Positions 1-12,228 are shown, numbered from the stretch's first letter. The stretch is DNA of 32,000 nucleotides from Heyndrickxia shackletonii (GCF_001420715.1 NZ_LJJC01000006.1:522770-554769); one strand, 5' to 3'. The notes: generated from the sequence alone by a model not told the origin. Translations and numbers: made by a program.

Positions 1-1
1 T

Positions 2-619
2 GGAGGGAACGTTTCCCTTTACAATGAGACAAAAGGTACGGCTATTTATCCAACACCTGTAGTGGGGATGGTTGGTTTAATCGAGGACCTTGATCATATT
101 ACTACTCAAAGCTTCAAGAAAGCAGGAGATTTGATTTATGTCATAGGGGAAACAAATCCTGAGTTCGGGGGAAGCGAACTCCAAAAATATCAAAACGGCA
201 AGATTTTTGGTAGAGCACCAGAATTGAACTTAGATAAAGAACTTAAAAGACAGAAACAATTATTAGCCGTCATTAAACAAGGCTTGGTTTCTTCTGCACA
301 CGATATTGCGGAAGGCGGAACAGCAGTGGCGCTGGCAGAAGGTCTATTTGGTACAGACAATCTTGGGGCGGATGTACTTTTACAAGGGGATGCAACAGTC
401 GCTTTATTCAGTGAAACACAATCACGTTTTATTGTTTCAATTCGTCCGGAGTTTAGAGAGGAATTTGAAAACATAGTTGAGGATGCAAGATTCATAGGGA
501 CGGTTACGAACACGGGAGAACTTTTCATAAAGGATGAGCAAGGAGAAATAATCATTCAAACGAACGTGCAAGAATGTGAAGAAGCTTGGAGAGGAGCGAT
601 TTCATGCTTGCTGAAATAA
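2..619 (+). CDS. purL: Phosphoribosylformylglycinamidine synthase subunit PurL, C-terminal fragment (5' end lies outside the window)
   Basis: Frame 2 is open from base 2 ([26 protein letters not shown]...), so track ORF 62..619 is only the part after the first Met. The sequence looks like a PurL C-terminal domain ([10 protein letters not shown]). It sits directly upstream of purF-M-N-H-D, and its stop TAA 617-619 overlaps the purF start. Confidence 0.85.
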   Translation, partial: GGNVSLYNETKGTAIYPTPVVGMVGLIEDLDHITTQSFKKAGDLIYVIGETNPEFGGSELQKYQNGKIFGRAPELNLDKELKRQKQLLAVIKQGLVSSAHDIAEGGTAVALAEGLFGTDNLGADVLLQGDATVALFSETQSRFIVSIRPEFREEFENIVEDARFIGTVTNTGELFIKDEQGEIIIQTNVQECEEAWRGAISCLLK

Positions 620-2025
620 GGGGATTGAACGAGGAATGCGGTGTATTTGGAATTTGGGGACATCCGGATGCAGCGAAAATCACGTATTATGGGTTACACA
701 GTTTGCAACATCGTGGTCAAGAAGGTGCGGGAATTGTCGTTACAAATGGTGAGAGCTTGTACGGTATAAGGGGAGAAGGGCTGCTCACGGAAGTATTTAA
801 TGAAGGTAAACTAGAAAATTTACAAGGATATTCAGCGATTGGTCATGTTCGGTATGCAACAGCTGGCGGAGGCGGGATTGAAAATGTTCAACCGCTTCTC
901 TTCCATTCGCAAACAGGCAGCATGGCGCTTGCCCATAATGGAAATTTAGTCAATGCGAACGGTCTTAAACATCAGCTTGAAGCACAAGGCAGTATTTTTC
1001 AAACTAGCTCAGATACAGAGGTGTTCGCACATCTTATAAAAAGAAGCGGGTACATTTCTCTTTCGGATAAAATGAAAAATGCACTAACGATGGTAAAAGG
1101 TGCATATGCATTTCTTTTAATGACAGAAACGGAATTAATGGTGGCACTGGATCCAAACGGATTGCGCCCACTATCGATTGGTCGTGTTGGGGACGCATAT
1201 TGTGTGGCGTCTGAGACTTGTGCCTTTGATATTATCGGGGCTAAGTTTGTAAGAGATGTGATGCCGGGAGAATTACTGACCATTAATGATAATGGCCTTC
1301 ACTCGGAACCATTTACTCTTTCCACCAACAGTGCTATTTGCACGATGGAATATGTTTATTTTTCAAGACCGGATAGCAATATACACGGAATTAATGTGCA
1401 TACGGCTCGTAAAAATATGGGAAAACGCCTTGCTGCGGAAGCGCTTATAGAAGCAGATGTAGTGACAGGTGTACCGGACTCCAGTATTTCCGCAGCGATT
1501 GGATATGCGGAGGCGGCAGGTATTCCATATGAAATGGGACTAATTAAAAATCGTTATGTAGGAAGAACGTTTATTCAACCATCTCAATCGTTAAGGGAAC
1601 AAGGCGTAAAAATGAAGCTTTCGGCTGTAAGAAAAGTCGTGGAAGGCAAACGGGTAGTAATGGTGGATGATTCGATCGTCAGGGGAACCACAAGCAGACG
1701 AATTGTCTCCATGCTAAAGGAAGCCGGGGCAACGGAAGTTCATGTTTGCATCAGTTCACCTCCTATGAAGAATCCTTGCTTTTATGGAATTGACACTTCC
1801 ACACATGAAGAACTGATTGCGTCCACGCATAGTGTTGAGGAGATTCGCGAGTTAATTGGTGCAGATTCCTTAACCTTCTTAAGTGTCGAAGGAATGTTAG
1901 AAGCGATTGGCAGACCAAAGATGAATGAAAGCTGCGGTCAATGTTTGGCTTGCTTTACGGGAAAATATCCTACTGAAATTTACCCGGATACAGTATTACC
2001 TCATGAGAAAGAACTTGTGCGCTAG
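604..2025 (+). CDS. purF: Amidophosphoribosyltransferase (glutamine PRPP amidotransferase)
   Basis: Track ORF 586..2025. I prefer the ATG at 604 ([20 protein letters not shown]), which gives the Bacillus-type 11-residue propeptide before the nucleophile Cys12. It carries the PRPP-binding motif [13 protein letters not shown] and a C-terminal CGQCLAC Fe-S ligand region. It overlaps the purL stop by 16 nt. Confidence 0.95.
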   Translation: MLAEIRGLNEECGVFGIWGHPDAAKITYYGLHSLQHRGQEGAGIVVTNGESLYGIRGEGLLTEVFNEGKLENLQGYSAIGHVRYATAGGGGIENVQPLLFHSQTGSMALAHNGNLVNANGLKHQLEAQGSIFQTSSDTEVFAHLIKRSGYISLSDKMKNALTMVKGAYAFLLMTETELMVALDPNGLRPLSIGRVGDAYCVASETCAFDIIGAKFVRDVMPGELLTINDNGLHSEPFTLSTNSAICTMEYVYFSRPDSNIHGINVHTARKNMGKRLAAEALIEADVVTGVPDSSISAAIGYAEAAGIPYEMGLIKNRYVGRTFIQPSQSLREQGVKMKLSAVRKVVEGKRVVMVDDSIVRGTTSRRIVSMLKEAGATEVHVCISSPPMKNPCFYGIDTSTHEELIASTHSVEEIRELIGADSLTFLSVEGMLEAIGRPKMNESCGQCLACFTGKYPTEIYPDTVLPHEKELVR

Positions 2026-2037
2026 GGGGCTTAGCAA

Positions 2038-3078
2038 ATGGCAAATGCATATCGACAAGCGGGAGTAGATATCGAGGCAGGATATGAAGCAGTAGAAAGA
2101 ATAAAAAAACATGCAGACAGGACAAAGCGGCCTGGGGTTTTAGGTCAGCTTGGCAGCTTTGGAGGAGTGTTTGATCTTTCTGCTTTAAATATGAGGCAGC
2201 CTGTTCTTGTTTCTGGAACGGATGGAGTTGGAACGAAGCTAAAGCTGGCTTTTTTAATGGATAAACATGACTCAATCGGGATTGACTGTGTCGCGATGTG
2301 TGTCAATGATATCGTGGTGCAAGGAGCTGAACCGCTGTATTTTCTTGACTATATCGCATGCGGAAAAGCGAGCCCCGTAAAAATAGAGCAAATTGTGAAA
2401 GGGATTGCCGATGGCTGTGAGCAAGCAGGCTGTGCATTAATCGGAGGAGAAACAGCAGAAATGCCAGGATTGTATCAAGAAGAGGAATATGACTTGGCAG
2501 GCTTTTCTGTTGGTGCATGCGAAAAAAGCGAGCTAATAACTGGTGAAACCATTCAAGAAGGAGATGTCCTTATAGGACTTTCCTCCAGTGGAATTCATAG
2601 TAATGGCTATTCTTTGGTTAGGAAAATCTTCTTTGAAGATCACACTTTCTCATTAGAAGAACGCCTACCAGAACTTAACCGTCCACTTGGGGAAGAGTTG
2701 CTGGTACCAACTAAAATTTATGTCAAGCCTGTTTTAAAAGCGATTAGAGAGTTCGAAATAAAGGGAATGGCACATATTACAGGCGGCGGGTTCGTTGAAA
2801 ATATCCCGAGAATGCTTAACGGAGATTTAGGTGTAGAGATAGAGCAAGGTACTTGGCCAATCTTGCCAATATTCGAGGTACTGGAGAAGTATGGAGGAAT
2901 TCCCCACGCGGAAATGTTTAATATTTTTAACATGGGGATTGGCTTTGTGGTAGCAGTGGATAAATCCATTGCCGACACTGTTGTTGAATTTTTTAATAAG
3001 AATGGCGAGTCTGCTTATCGAATTGGCCAAGTTACAAAAGAGCCTGGAGTACGTTTTACAGGTAAGGGGTCATGGTAA
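2038..3078 (+). CDS. purM: Phosphoribosylformylglycinamidine cyclo-ligase (AIR synthase)
   Basis: 346 aa with an N-terminus [16 protein letters not shown] and the [13 protein letters not shown] motif typical of PurM. It occupies the operon position after purF. Confidence 0.95.
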   Translation: MANAYRQAGVDIEAGYEAVERIKKHADRTKRPGVLGQLGSFGGVFDLSALNMRQPVLVSGTDGVGTKLKLAFLMDKHDSIGIDCVAMCVNDIVVQGAEPLYFLDYIACGKASPVKIEQIVKGIADGCEQAGCALIGGETAEMPGLYQEEEYDLAGFSVGACEKSELITGETIQEGDVLIGLSSSGIHSNGYSLVRKIFFEDHTFSLEERLPELNRPLGEELLVPTKIYVKPVLKAIREFEIKGMAHITGGGFVENIPRMLNGDLGVEIEQGTWPILPIFEVLEKYGGIPHAEMFNIFNMGIGFVVAVDKSIADTVVEFFNKNGESAYRIGQVTKEPGVRFTGKGSW

Positions 3079-3677
3079 TGGTGAAAATAGCAGTATTTGC
3101 TTCTGGGAGCGGCAGCAACTTTCAATCTATCGTGGATTCCGTTCAATCTGGTCAGTTAGATGCGTCAGTGGAACTCCTAGTGTGTGATAAATCAAATGCT
3201 TATGTGATTGAAAGAGCCGAACAAAATGGGATTGAGGCATTTGTTTTTAACCCCAAGGAATACCAATCAAAAACGGAATATGAAAAGAAAATTGCACTAG
3301 AGCTCCAAAAGAGAGGAATTGAATATCTGATCTTAGCAGGATATATGAGGCTGATTGGCCCAACGCTTCTCCGTGAATTTGAAAATCGAATCATTAATAT
3401 ACATCCATCCTTGCTCCCGATGTTTCCCGGAAAGGATGCAATTGGTCAGGCTATTGCCGCAGGTGTAAGTCTGACGGGAGTAACGATTCATTACGTAGAC
3501 GAAGGCATGGATACAGGACCTATTATTGCCCAAGAGTCTTTAACTATTACGGAGCATGATACAGCAGAAACGCTAGCGGAAAGAATTCACGAAATAGAAC
3601 ATCGCTTATATCCAATAACATTACAAACTATATTTAACCGTGGAGGTGTCAGGCACCATGAAAAGAGCGCTCATTAG
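3072..3677 (+). CDS. purN: Phosphoribosylglycinamide formyltransferase
   Basis: GART motifs are present: [22 protein letters not shown] and [13 protein letters not shown]. The start is either ATG 3072 or ATG 3078, where the purM stop TAA 3076-3078 and the ATG form TAATG. Both imply translational coupling. Confidence 0.93.
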   Translation: MVMVKIAVFASGSGSNFQSIVDSVQSGQLDASVELLVCDKSNAYVIERAEQNGIEAFVFNPKEYQSKTEYEKKIALELQKRGIEYLILAGYMRLIGPTLLREFENRIINIHPSLLPMFPGKDAIGQAIAAGVSLTGVTIHYVDEGMDTGPIIAQESLTITEHDTAETLAERIHEIEHRLYPITLQTIFNRGGVRHHEKSAH

Positions 3678-5187
3678 TGTTTCAGATAAGACAGGTGTAG
3701 TGGAATTTGCAAAAGGGTTAGTAGAAGTTGGATTTGAGATCATTTCGACAGGCGGTACAAAAAAAGCATTGGAGGAAGCAGGTTTAGCTGTCATTGGAAT
3801 TGATGATATTACCGGATTTCCCGAAATGCTGGAGGGTCGAGTGAAAACTCTGCATCCTAATGTTCATGGCGGTTTACTTGCAAAGAGAACTCCGGATCAT
3901 CTGAAACAAATCGCAGATCAAGGCATTCATCCAATTGATTTAGTTTGTGTTAATTTATATCCGTTTCAGCAGACCATTTCCAAGCCGGATGTTACGGAAG
4001 CGGAAGCGATTGAAAATATTGATATCGGCGGACCATCCATGCTGCGTTCTGCAGCGAAAAATCATGCGTATGTTACCGTGGTAGTAGATGCGAATGATTA
4101 TGATACGGTGCTTTCAGAGTTAACGGAGTTTGGAGATGTTACAACACTAACAAAGAAAAAACTAGCTGCGAAAGTATATCGCCATACTGCTTCTTACGAT
4201 GCAATTATTGCGGATTACATGACAACTTTGGTTGGTGAAGAAAATCCTGAGCGAGTGACGTTTACTTATGAACGTAAGCAATCGCTTCGTTATGGTGAAA
4301 ATCCACATCAACAAGCAACTTTTTATGTCAATCCACTTGGCTCTACTTTCTCCATTGCACATGGTAAGCAATTACATGGTAAAGAGCTTTCCTACAATAA
4401 TATTCGCGATGCAGACGCAGCATTGCAAATCGTGAAAGATTTTTCAGAACCAGTGGCGGTAGCGGTTAAGCATATGAACCCTTGTGGTGTGGGAACAGGA
4501 AACACTATTTTAGAAGCATATAAAAAGGCATATGAAGCGGATTCTACTTCCATTTTTGGCGGCATTGTCGCTTTTAATCGCGAGGTTGATGCAGAAACCG
4601 CAAAGCTATTACATGAAATATTCCTTGAAATTATCATTGCTCCTTCCTTTTCTGAAGAAGCATTATCTATTTTGACTTCTAAGAAAAATATTCGTTTATT
4701 AGCAGTGGAAACAAGTGAAAAGAACAAACAGGAAAAAGTAATGACCTCCGTAGAAGGCGGATTACTAACGCAAGATTTAGATACTTATACATTAGAGTAT
4801 GCCGACATCACCATTCCAACGAAACGAAAACCTACAGATGCTGAATGGGAAGCATTGAAGCTTGGCTGGAAAGTTGTGAAACATGTGAAATCCAATGCGA
4901 TTGTTGTAACGAATTCCGATATGACTTTAGGGATTGGTGCAGGTCAAATGAACCGCGTGGGAGCGGCGAAAATTGCACTTGAACAAGCGGGAGCTAGAGC
5001 AGAAGGTGCTGCACTTGCTTCAGATGCTTTCTTCCCAATGGATGATACGGTTGAGGCAGCGGCCAAAGCGGGAATCACGGCAATCATTCAACCGGGTGGT
5101 TCTATTAAAGATGCCGATTCTATCAAAAAGGCGGACGAATACGGTATAGCAATGGTCTTTACAGGGATTCGACATTTTAAACATTAA
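3658..5187 (+). CDS. purH: Bifunctional AICAR formyltransferase / IMP cyclohydrolase
   Basis: The track ORF starts at GTG 3640. ATG 3658 ([13 protein letters not shown], the canonical PurH N-terminus) follows a GGAGGTG RBS at 3642-3648. C-terminal motifs include AIIQPGGSI. It overlaps the purN 3' end by 20 nt. Confidence 0.95.
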   Translation: MKRALISVSDKTGVVEFAKGLVEVGFEIISTGGTKKALEEAGLAVIGIDDITGFPEMLEGRVKTLHPNVHGGLLAKRTPDHLKQIADQGIHPIDLVCVNLYPFQQTISKPDVTEAEAIENIDIGGPSMLRSAAKNHAYVTVVVDANDYDTVLSELTEFGDVTTLTKKKLAAKVYRHTASYDAIIADYMTTLVGEENPERVTFTYERKQSLRYGENPHQQATFYVNPLGSTFSIAHGKQLHGKELSYNNIRDADAALQIVKDFSEPVAVAVKHMNPCGVGTGNTILEAYKKAYEADSTSIFGGIVAFNREVDAETAKLLHEIFLEIIIAPSFSEEALSILTSKKNIRLLAVETSEKNKQEKVMTSVEGGLLTQDLDTYTLEYADITIPTKRKPTDAEWEALKLGWKVVKHVKSNAIVVTNSDMTLGIGAGQMNRVGAAKIALEQAGARAEGAALASDAFFPMDDTVEAAAKAGITAIIQPGGSIKDADSIKKADEYGIAMVFTGIRHFKH

Positions 5188-5210
5188 GCAGTTGCGTGAA
5201 TACAAATAAG

Positions 5211-5389
5211 CGGACAGAGAATCCGTTATTTTAATAAAATGACCATCATTTAAAGGTTTAGGGGACACAGATTCCGTTATTTGAGAAAAAACATGAAGAA
5301 TTCACTGCTTTTTGCAAAATAACGGAATCTGTGTCCGCAAACATAGGTAAATAGCCCGATTTGTCACAGATAACGGAACTAGTGTCCGG
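5211..5389. repeat. Nested inverted-repeat element in the purH-purD gap: four copies of a ~20-bp unit with core GGACA-N5-TCCGTTAT
   Basis: Copies are A 5211-5232 and B 5263-5282 on the plus strand, and C 5317-5336 and D 5368-5389 as reverse complements. B and C form a perfect 20-bp inverted repeat (ggacacagattccgttattt / aaataacggaatctgtgtcc) with a 34-nt spacer. A and D are the diverged outer pair, about 15/21 matches by hand alignment. Confidence 0.8.
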
Positions 5390-5449
5390 CAAATTTATTA
5401 AATATAGTTAATGATACCCCTTGCATTGTTGTTCAACACTAAGATTTGA

Positions 5450-6724
<1,275 letters not shown>

Positions 6725-6813
6725 GTAAAGTCCTGTTTTACACTATTTAAGTGAACTTTCGAACTGTTTAAGTATGAATTCACGCGGTTCATTGAAGGAC
6801 TTACACAAAAATG

Positions 6814-6845
6814 CCGGACAAGGTTGTTGTCCGGTGTTTTTCTTC
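6814..6845 (+). terminator. Intrinsic terminator of the pur operon
   Basis: 8-bp GC-rich stem ccggacaa (6814-6821) / ttgtccgg (6827-6834), loop ggttg, then tail tgtttttcttc. Confidence 0.75.
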
Positions 6846-7114
6846 TATTCAAGTAAACTTCCTATCGTTTGGAGTGTTTTAATTTTTTCATAGGAGATAA
6901 AAAATACTTGTTAGAAAAGAAATGGTTAGAGGTAATGATATAAATTTTAAAACTGGACGTGCTTTCCCCTTTCCTTGTGGGGGTTTTTTGTATTGATAAT
7001 TAATTTTTATTCTCCCATTCTCCACTAATAGACAATAGGTTATTAAAACATTACAATTATAACAATCATACTTTTGTAATATTCAAACTACTGTGACTAA
7101 AGGGGTAGATTACA

Positions 7115-8362
7115 TTGTTAGCTGTAGCAAGTGATTTACTATTTAACTTACTGGTGATTCTTATCACGATGATTGTGCACCAATTTTGGATTGAAAGTAA
7201 ACCAAATTGTAAGCTTGTCATAAAATATTCCATTTTAGTCACATCCGGATTAGCAATTTTTATTTGTATGGTGTTTTCTTTTTACGAATATGAAGGTGTG
7301 CGCTATGATTTGCGACGGATACCATTATGGTTCGGTACTATTTATGGGGGACCAATTGTTGGATTTGTTCTTTTAGTACTTACTAGTGTTATTCGATTCA
7401 TACAAGGTGGAACAGATGTATATTCATCGATTATGAACACCGCACTGATGTTTTTTTCGACTGTTATGATTACTCCATTATATTTTCGTTTAGGAACCTA
7501 TAAGAAAATAGTTTTAAGTACATTTATGAATATTTTCTTTTCATTCCTTGTTTTAATAGCGTTCACTTTTCTTCATCATGATTCATTTAAAATAGATTAT
7601 TGGTTCGAATTTTTAATCATCAATGCAATTGGAATCATACTGGTCAGCCTATCAGTTGAAATGATTCAAAGCAATTATGAATGGCGAATGAAGGTGATCT
7701 ATGCTGATAAATTAGATGTGGTAGGTCACCTAGCAGCTGCGGTTAATCATGAAATCAACAACCCTTTAACGACTATTCGGGGACTGATTCAACTTGTTAA
7801 AGAGGACCCCGGCCTTACAGTAGAAAAGGAGCAAACCTTTTTACAGTTGGCATTAGAGGAAGTGGATAAAGTGAACCATATAATAAAAGATTATTTGACT
7901 TATGCGAGGCCGTATCCCACAACAAATGAGGTATTTCAACTGGACGAAGTACTGCATAATTCCATTAATATTGTAAGGCCTTTAGCGGAGATGGAAGATG
8001 CATTGATAGTAATGGGTGATACTCCAGCCTGCTGCTTAATGGGGGATCCGAAGCAATTAGTTCAAGCACTTGTAAACCTATTAAAAAATAGCATTAACGC
8101 AGTAAAAAAAGGGGGCAATATCGAATTAAAGGTGAAGGTAAAAAATAAAGAATGCTATATTTACATAATAGATAATGGAATCGGAATGGATAAAGCGTTG
8201 CAGAAAAGGCTTGGAGAACCTTACTTCACAACAACAAGTAGGGGTACTGGGCTTGGACTTATGGTTGTCTATAGGATTGTCGATAGTATGAAGGGCGAAA
8301 TAAAAATAGACAGCAGGCAAGGCGTAGGAACAAAGGTTTTACTAAAGTTGCCAATCCTATAA
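7115..8362 (+). CDS. Orphan membrane sensor histidine kinase (5TMR-LYT-type N-terminal domain, then HisKA and HATPase_c)
   Basis: TTG start preceded by AAAGGGG. The N-terminal ~190 aa are polytopic and include YDLRRIPLWFGTIYGGPIVGFVLLVLTSVIRFIQGG, which resembles the LytS/YhcK 5TM receptor signature. H-box is LAAAVNHEINNPLTTIRG, N-box is LLKNSINA, and G-boxes are IDNGIGM and GTGLGL. No response regulator gene lies nearby. Confidence 0.85.
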   Translation: MLAVASDLLFNLLVILITMIVHQFWIESKPNCKLVIKYSILVTSGLAIFICMVFSFYEYEGVRYDLRRIPLWFGTIYGGPIVGFVLLVLTSVIRFIQGGTDVYSSIMNTALMFFSTVMITPLYFRLGTYKKIVLSTFMNIFFSFLVLIAFTFLHHDSFKIDYWFEFLIINAIGIILVSLSVEMIQSNYEWRMKVIYADKLDVVGHLAAAVNHEINNPLTTIRGLIQLVKEDPGLTVEKEQTFLQLALEEVDKVNHIIKDYLTYARPYPTTNEVFQLDEVLHNSINIVRPLAEMEDALIVMGDTPACCLMGDPKQLVQALVNLLKNSINAVKKGGNIELKVKVKNKECYIYIIDNGIGMDKALQKRLGEPYFTTTSRGTGLGLMVVYRIVDSMKGEIKIDSRQGVGTKVLLKLPIL

Positions 8363-8395
8363 AAACCGGGTAAAATAAGTCACCCGGTTTATTTC
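8363..8395. terminator. Bidirectional intrinsic terminator between the kinase gene (+) and the small membrane protein gene (-)
   Basis: Stem aaccgggt (8364-8371) / acccggtt (8382-8389), flanked by an A-run on the left and tttattt on the right, so it would work for both convergent genes. Confidence 0.7.
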
Positions 8396-8418
8396 TAACT
8401 ATATTTTAGAGAAAGTTT

Positions 8419-8757
8419 TTACTCTAATGCATTCTTTAATGAATCAGCAAGTTCCGGTGGAATATTTGGCTGATCCTGCTTTTTATTTTCCTGTTTATTT
8501 TGTGAAGGCTGCACATTTTGTTGCTGGCCGTTAGCCTGTCCCATCATCCCTTGCCCCTTCTGAAACAGTTCGGTAACAGGGCAATAGCGTACAATTCCTT
8601 CTGCAACCTTCATAGCTCCTATAATAATCATAATTAAATAGGAGTTACACCAAGGTTTTCTGGATAATTTTGCTGTAAAAAAGGCAACCATCGTAAGCCC
8701 GCAGGTTATACGAATTAGAGCGTTAATGATTCCAATATTAGGAGAAGTTTTCATCAT
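8419..8757 (-). CDS. Small membrane protein, DUF2892/YgaP-like transmembrane domain with a Q/N-rich C-terminal tail
   Basis: RBS GAAGGTG sits 5 nt before ATGATG. NIGIINALIRITCGL...GAMKVAEGIVRYCPVTELF resembles the DUF2892 pattern (N..DR..R...G ... CP) as I remember it. Two hydrophobic helices are followed by a tail GQANGQQQNVQPSQNKQENKKQDQ. Confidence 0.5.
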   Translation of the reverse strand: MMKTSPNIGIINALIRITCGLTMVAFFTAKLSRKPWCNSYLIMIIIGAMKVAEGIVRYCPVTELFQKGQGMMGQANGQQQNVQPSQNKQENKKQDQPNIPPELADSLKNALE

Positions 8758-8872
8758 TCACACACCTTCACAAATTTTTTACATTTTTTTTCAAAACTTT
8801 AATGCGTTAAACGGTTTAATATGTTAACATATTAACAAATAGAGAGACGATCTCCCTAGGGAGGAATACTTG

Positions 8873-10615
8873 ATGTTAGATCAACGTTATCGATGGAAAA
8901 ACAAGCAGATTCGTGACCATGTTGCAATTGTAAGCGGACACAAATCACCGACATTGCTTTTAAAAAATGCTCGTTTTCTTCATTCCATTCTTCGTAAATG
9001 GATAGTAGGAAACATATGGATTCACGATGACCGTATTGTATATGCAGGAGATAAAATGCCTGATAATATTCATGATTGTGAAGTAATGGACTGCAAAGGA
9101 CTTACACTAGTTCCAGGATATATAGAACCACATGTTCATCCGTTTCAATTATATAATCCCCAAACATTTGCGAGGTATGCATCTCAAACAGGGACAACCA
9201 CAATTATTAATGATAATATTATGTTAGTTTTATTATCAGGAAAAAAGAAAGCGTTTTCTTTATTGAAACAATTGAGACATTCACCAGTTTCCATGTATTG
9301 GTGGAGTCGTTTTGATTCTCAAACGGAATTGCGCGAAGAGGAAACGGTATTTTCCCACAGTGAAGTGAAATCATGGTTAGAACATGATGCAGTTCTTCAA
9401 GGGGGAGAATTGACAGGATGGCCAAAGCTTTTAGATGGGGATGATTTAATCCTCCACTGGATACAAGAAGCGAAAAGAATGAGGAAAAGAATTGAAGGTC
9501 ATTTTCCTGGTGCTTCAGAAAAAACACTTGCTAAAATGATGTTATTTGGTGCTGATTGTGATCATGAAGCAATGACGGGTAAAGAAGTGTATGATCGTTT
9601 ATTACAAGGTTTTACAGTTTCTTTAAGACATTCCTCTATCAGACCGGATCTTCCAGTGCTTTTAAAAGAAATGAATGAGCTTGGAATTAACCAATATCAA
9701 TCGATGTTTTTTAATACGGATGGGTCAACACCGGCATTTTATGAAGACGGCATCCTTGATATGACGATTCGCATGGCTTTAGAGAATGGAATCCCGACAA
9801 TTGATGCTTATCACATGGCTTCTTATAATGTAGCCAGATATTATAATATTGAGCATTTACACGGCATGATTGCAACGGGTAGGGTTGCTAGCATTAATTT
9901 TCTTGAAAGTGAAATGAATCCTACACCGATTCATGTTCTTTCAAAAGGAATATGGCTGAAAAAAGATGGGGCGGCCACCGTACAGGATCAATATATTAAT
10001 TGGGATGAGGCAGGTTTTCCACCGTTAGAGTTAAATTGGAAATTAGATCATGATGATTTACAATTTTCGATGCCTTTTGGTATTGAAATGGTGAATGATG
10101 TAATAACAAAGCCTTATTCTGTAACATATGATGTGTCAGTAGATGAGCTACCCACTGACCATAACGAAAGTTTTCTCGTCCTGCTTGATCGTAAAGGAGA
10201 ATGGAGAACTAACACCATAGTAAAAGGCTTTGCCGATAAAGTTATGGGATTTGCCTCATCGTTTTCTAATACAGGCGACATCATATTAATCGGGAAAAAT
10301 AAAGAGGATATGGCTATTGCCTTTAATCGCATGAAGGAAATTGGCGGGGGAATTGTGTTAGTTGAAAATGGAGAAGTGATTCACGAAATCCCATTGACAT
10401 TAGCAGGGGTAATGTCTGATAAGGATATGGAAACACTTATTGAAGAAGAAAAGCAATTAAAAAATCTGCTTAAGGAACGCGGATATCCTTTTGGGGATCC
10501 AGTCTATTCATTACTGTTTTTTTCAGCTACGCATTTGCCGTATATCCGAATTACACAACAAGGCATTTACGACGTGATGAATAAAACAGTACTCTTTCCG
10601 ACTATAATGCGTTAA
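8873..10615 (+). CDS. yerA: Adenine deaminase-like amidohydrolase (YerA type)
   Basis: About 580 aa. The amidohydrolase metal motif is GYIEPHVHPF. The position between purD and yerB-yerC matches B. subtilis yerA. ATG 8873 lies 9 nt after the RBS AGGGAGG, and the track starts one codon earlier at TTG 8870. Confidence 0.8.
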   Translation: MLDQRYRWKNKQIRDHVAIVSGHKSPTLLLKNARFLHSILRKWIVGNIWIHDDRIVYAGDKMPDNIHDCEVMDCKGLTLVPGYIEPHVHPFQLYNPQTFARYASQTGTTTIINDNIMLVLLSGKKKAFSLLKQLRHSPVSMYWWSRFDSQTELREEETVFSHSEVKSWLEHDAVLQGGELTGWPKLLDGDDLILHWIQEAKRMRKRIEGHFPGASEKTLAKMMLFGADCDHEAMTGKEVYDRLLQGFTVSLRHSSIRPDLPVLLKEMNELGINQYQSMFFNTDGSTPAFYEDGILDMTIRMALENGIPTIDAYHMASYNVARYYNIEHLHGMIATGRVASINFLESEMNPTPIHVLSKGIWLKKDGAATVQDQYINWDEAGFPPLELNWKLDHDDLQFSMPFGIEMVNDVITKPYSVTYDVSVDELPTDHNESFLVLLDRKGEWRTNTIVKGFADKVMGFASSFSNTGDIILIGKNKEDMAIAFNRMKEIGGGIVLVENGEVIHEIPLTLAGVMSDKDMETLIEEEKQLKNLLKERGYPFGDPVYSLLFFSATHLPYIRITQQGIYDVMNKTVLFPTIMR

Positions 10616-10804
10616 AATATTAAAGTGATTGTCATAAGGCTATTTTCTTATTGAGAATCTTGAGGGTTTTCTTATTTTATTCAAGCACGATATCTTTTTT
10701 AAGCAAAGATGCCCCGAAACGTAACTTTAATACGGTTTTAAAATACGAAAAGCAACTATTTAACGAAAACAGTCTTATATACCAAAGGGGTTGGGCATAG
10801 AATA

Positions 10805-11842
10805 ATGCACAAAAAGTTGTATATGTTTGCTGTTATATTGTTATTAGCTCTATCAGGATGTGCTCATAAGGAAAAAACGGTCCATAATGAGCCCAATAAA
10901 CCTCCTGAAAGCGGGGAAGTTTCCGAAAATGAAAAGGAATCATTGCCAAAGTATTCCTACCCGTTAACTGGAGCAGAAGCAAAAGAGCCTTCTGAAAATC
11001 GTTCTGTAGCGGTCATGATTAATAATTACCCGGCAGCAAGACCACAATCAGGACTGGCAGAAGCGGATATTGTGTATGAAGTATTGGCAGAAGGCGATAT
11101 TACAAGATTTTTGGCTATCTATCAAAGCGAAAAGCCGAAAAGAATCGGCCCAGTCAGAAGTGCCAGGGATTATTTTATCCATTTGGCAAAAGGGTATAGC
11201 AGTCTTTATATTGCTCATGGATATAGTCCGGAGGCACGTAAAATGCTTTCCTCTGGATATATCGATAATATTAATGGGATGCAATATGATGGAACACTAT
11301 TTAAACGTTCTAGTGACCGGAAACCGCCGCATAATTCTTATATCTCTTATGAGAATATTTTAAAAGGTGCTAAGTTAAAGCATTACCAGATGAACACTCC
11401 ACCGAGTGGCTTGGACTTTATGAATGCTGCTGAAACAATGCAAGTACATGGACAGGATGCCAAAAACGTTAGAATTCACTATTCGCATGAACCATTATTT
11501 AATGTGGAATATGAGTACAATGCAGATTCAGAAAAATATAAGCGGTTTTCCGGAGGCGAGCAAACGGCTGACCTCGAATCAAAAAGACCCGTACTTTTAG
11601 ATAATTTATTTATTGTGGAAACAAAACACAAGGTTATTGATGGAAAAGGACGCCGCGATATAAACCTAACATCTGGCGGTAAAGCGTATCTATTCCAAAA
11701 GGGAAAGTATCGTGAGGTAGAATGGCGAAATATAGATGGTCGTATTCTTCCATTTGAGAATGGTGAAAAAGTGAAATTTGTACCAGGAAAAACATGGATT
11801 AATATTGTGCCGAACTTAAATATAGTTGGAATTGACAAGTAA
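10805..11842 (+). CDS. yerB: DUF3048-family lipoprotein (YerB-like)
   Basis: Signal peptide with lipobox MHKKLYMFAVILLLALSGC. Size (345 aa) and position between yerA and yerC match B. subtilis yerB. Confidence 0.75.
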   Translation: MHKKLYMFAVILLLALSGCAHKEKTVHNEPNKPPESGEVSENEKESLPKYSYPLTGAEAKEPSENRSVAVMINNYPAARPQSGLAEADIVYEVLAEGDITRFLAIYQSEKPKRIGPVRSARDYFIHLAKGYSSLYIAHGYSPEARKMLSSGYIDNINGMQYDGTLFKRSSDRKPPHNSYISYENILKGAKLKHYQMNTPPSGLDFMNAAETMQVHGQDAKNVRIHYSHEPLFNVEYEYNADSEKYKRFSGGEQTADLESKRPVLLDNLFIVETKHKVIDGKGRRDINLTSGGKAYLFQKGKYREVEWRNIDGRILPFENGEKVKFVPGKTWINIVPNLNIVGIDK

Positions 11843-11863
11843 TAGATAGAAGGAGATTACAAT

Positions 11864-12175
11864 ATGCAAATTGAAAAATTAAGGGGAAAAGCGTTAGATC
11901 AATTATTTCAATCCATATTATCATTAAAAGATGTCGAAGAATGTTATCGATTTTTTGATGATCTTTGTACGATAAATGAAATTCAAGCACTTGCACAACG
12001 CCTGGAAGTTGCAAGAATGCTTCAGGAAAAAAAGACGTATCATGTAATTGAAAAAGAAACTGGTGCCAGTACAGCAACCATTTCACGTGTAAAAAGATGC
12101 TTGAATTATGGAAATGATTCCTATCAAATGGTGTTAGATAGGATTAAAGAAAAGGAATCAGATGTTTCACAGTAA
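11864..12175 (+). CDS. yerC: TrpR-like YerC/YecD family protein
   Basis: 103 aa. LFQSILSLKDVEECYRFFDDLCTINEIQALAQRLEVARML...GASTATISRVKRCLNYG is the characteristic YerC/YecD sequence. Confidence 0.85.
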   Translation: MQIEKLRGKALDQLFQSILSLKDVEECYRFFDDLCTINEIQALAQRLEVARMLQEKKTYHVIEKETGASTATISRVKRCLNYGNDSYQMVLDRIKEKESDVSQ

Positions 12176-12193
12176 ATGAATAATAGCTTATGA

Positions 12194-12228
12194 GAAGGAG
12201 TGGATGCTATGTCACTCCTTTTTTATTT
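12194..12228 (+). terminator. Intrinsic terminator after yerC
   Basis: Stem gaaggagtg (12194-12202) / cactccttt (12213-12221), followed by ttttatttgg. Confidence 0.75.

Noticed and set aside
586-603. Upstream in-frame extension of purF (MERSDF...), and likewise GTG 3640 for purH
   Set aside because: The canonical N-termini (MLAEI...C12 for Pur[12 protein letters not shown] for PurH) start at internal ATGs. For purH the ATG has a properly spaced GGAGGTG RBS. The extensions are not seen in the family as I know it.
190-2275. Antisense ORFs inside purL/purF/purM (190..555, 999..1283, 1970..2275, all minus strand)
   Set aside because: They lie entirely opposite strongly recognisable pur genes. 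They have no RBS and a low-complexity Ser/Pro/Leu-rich composition typical of antisense frames.
2303-5268. Minus-strand and alternative-frame ORFs within purM/purN/purH (2303..2518, 2718..2978, 2827..3030, 2969..3187 on the plus strand, 3200..3394, 3333..3533, 4162..4371, 4392..4727, 5020..5268)
   Set aside because: All overlap high-confidence genes. 5020..5268 extends into the repeat element with no RBS. None has recognisable motifs.
6967-6990. Weak hairpin cccc-N8-ggggg followed by T6 in the purD/kinase gap
   Set aside because: The stem is only 4-5 bp and no upstream transcription unit could be identified. The 11-codon TTG ORF at 6918-6953 is unconvincing. I kept it only as a note, not as a feature.
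11048-12086. ORFs 11048..11284(-), 11070..11363(+), 11479..11838(-) and 11799..12086(-) overlapping yerB/yerC
   Set aside because: They overlap well-supported yerB and yerC in other frames or on the other strand and have no independent signals.
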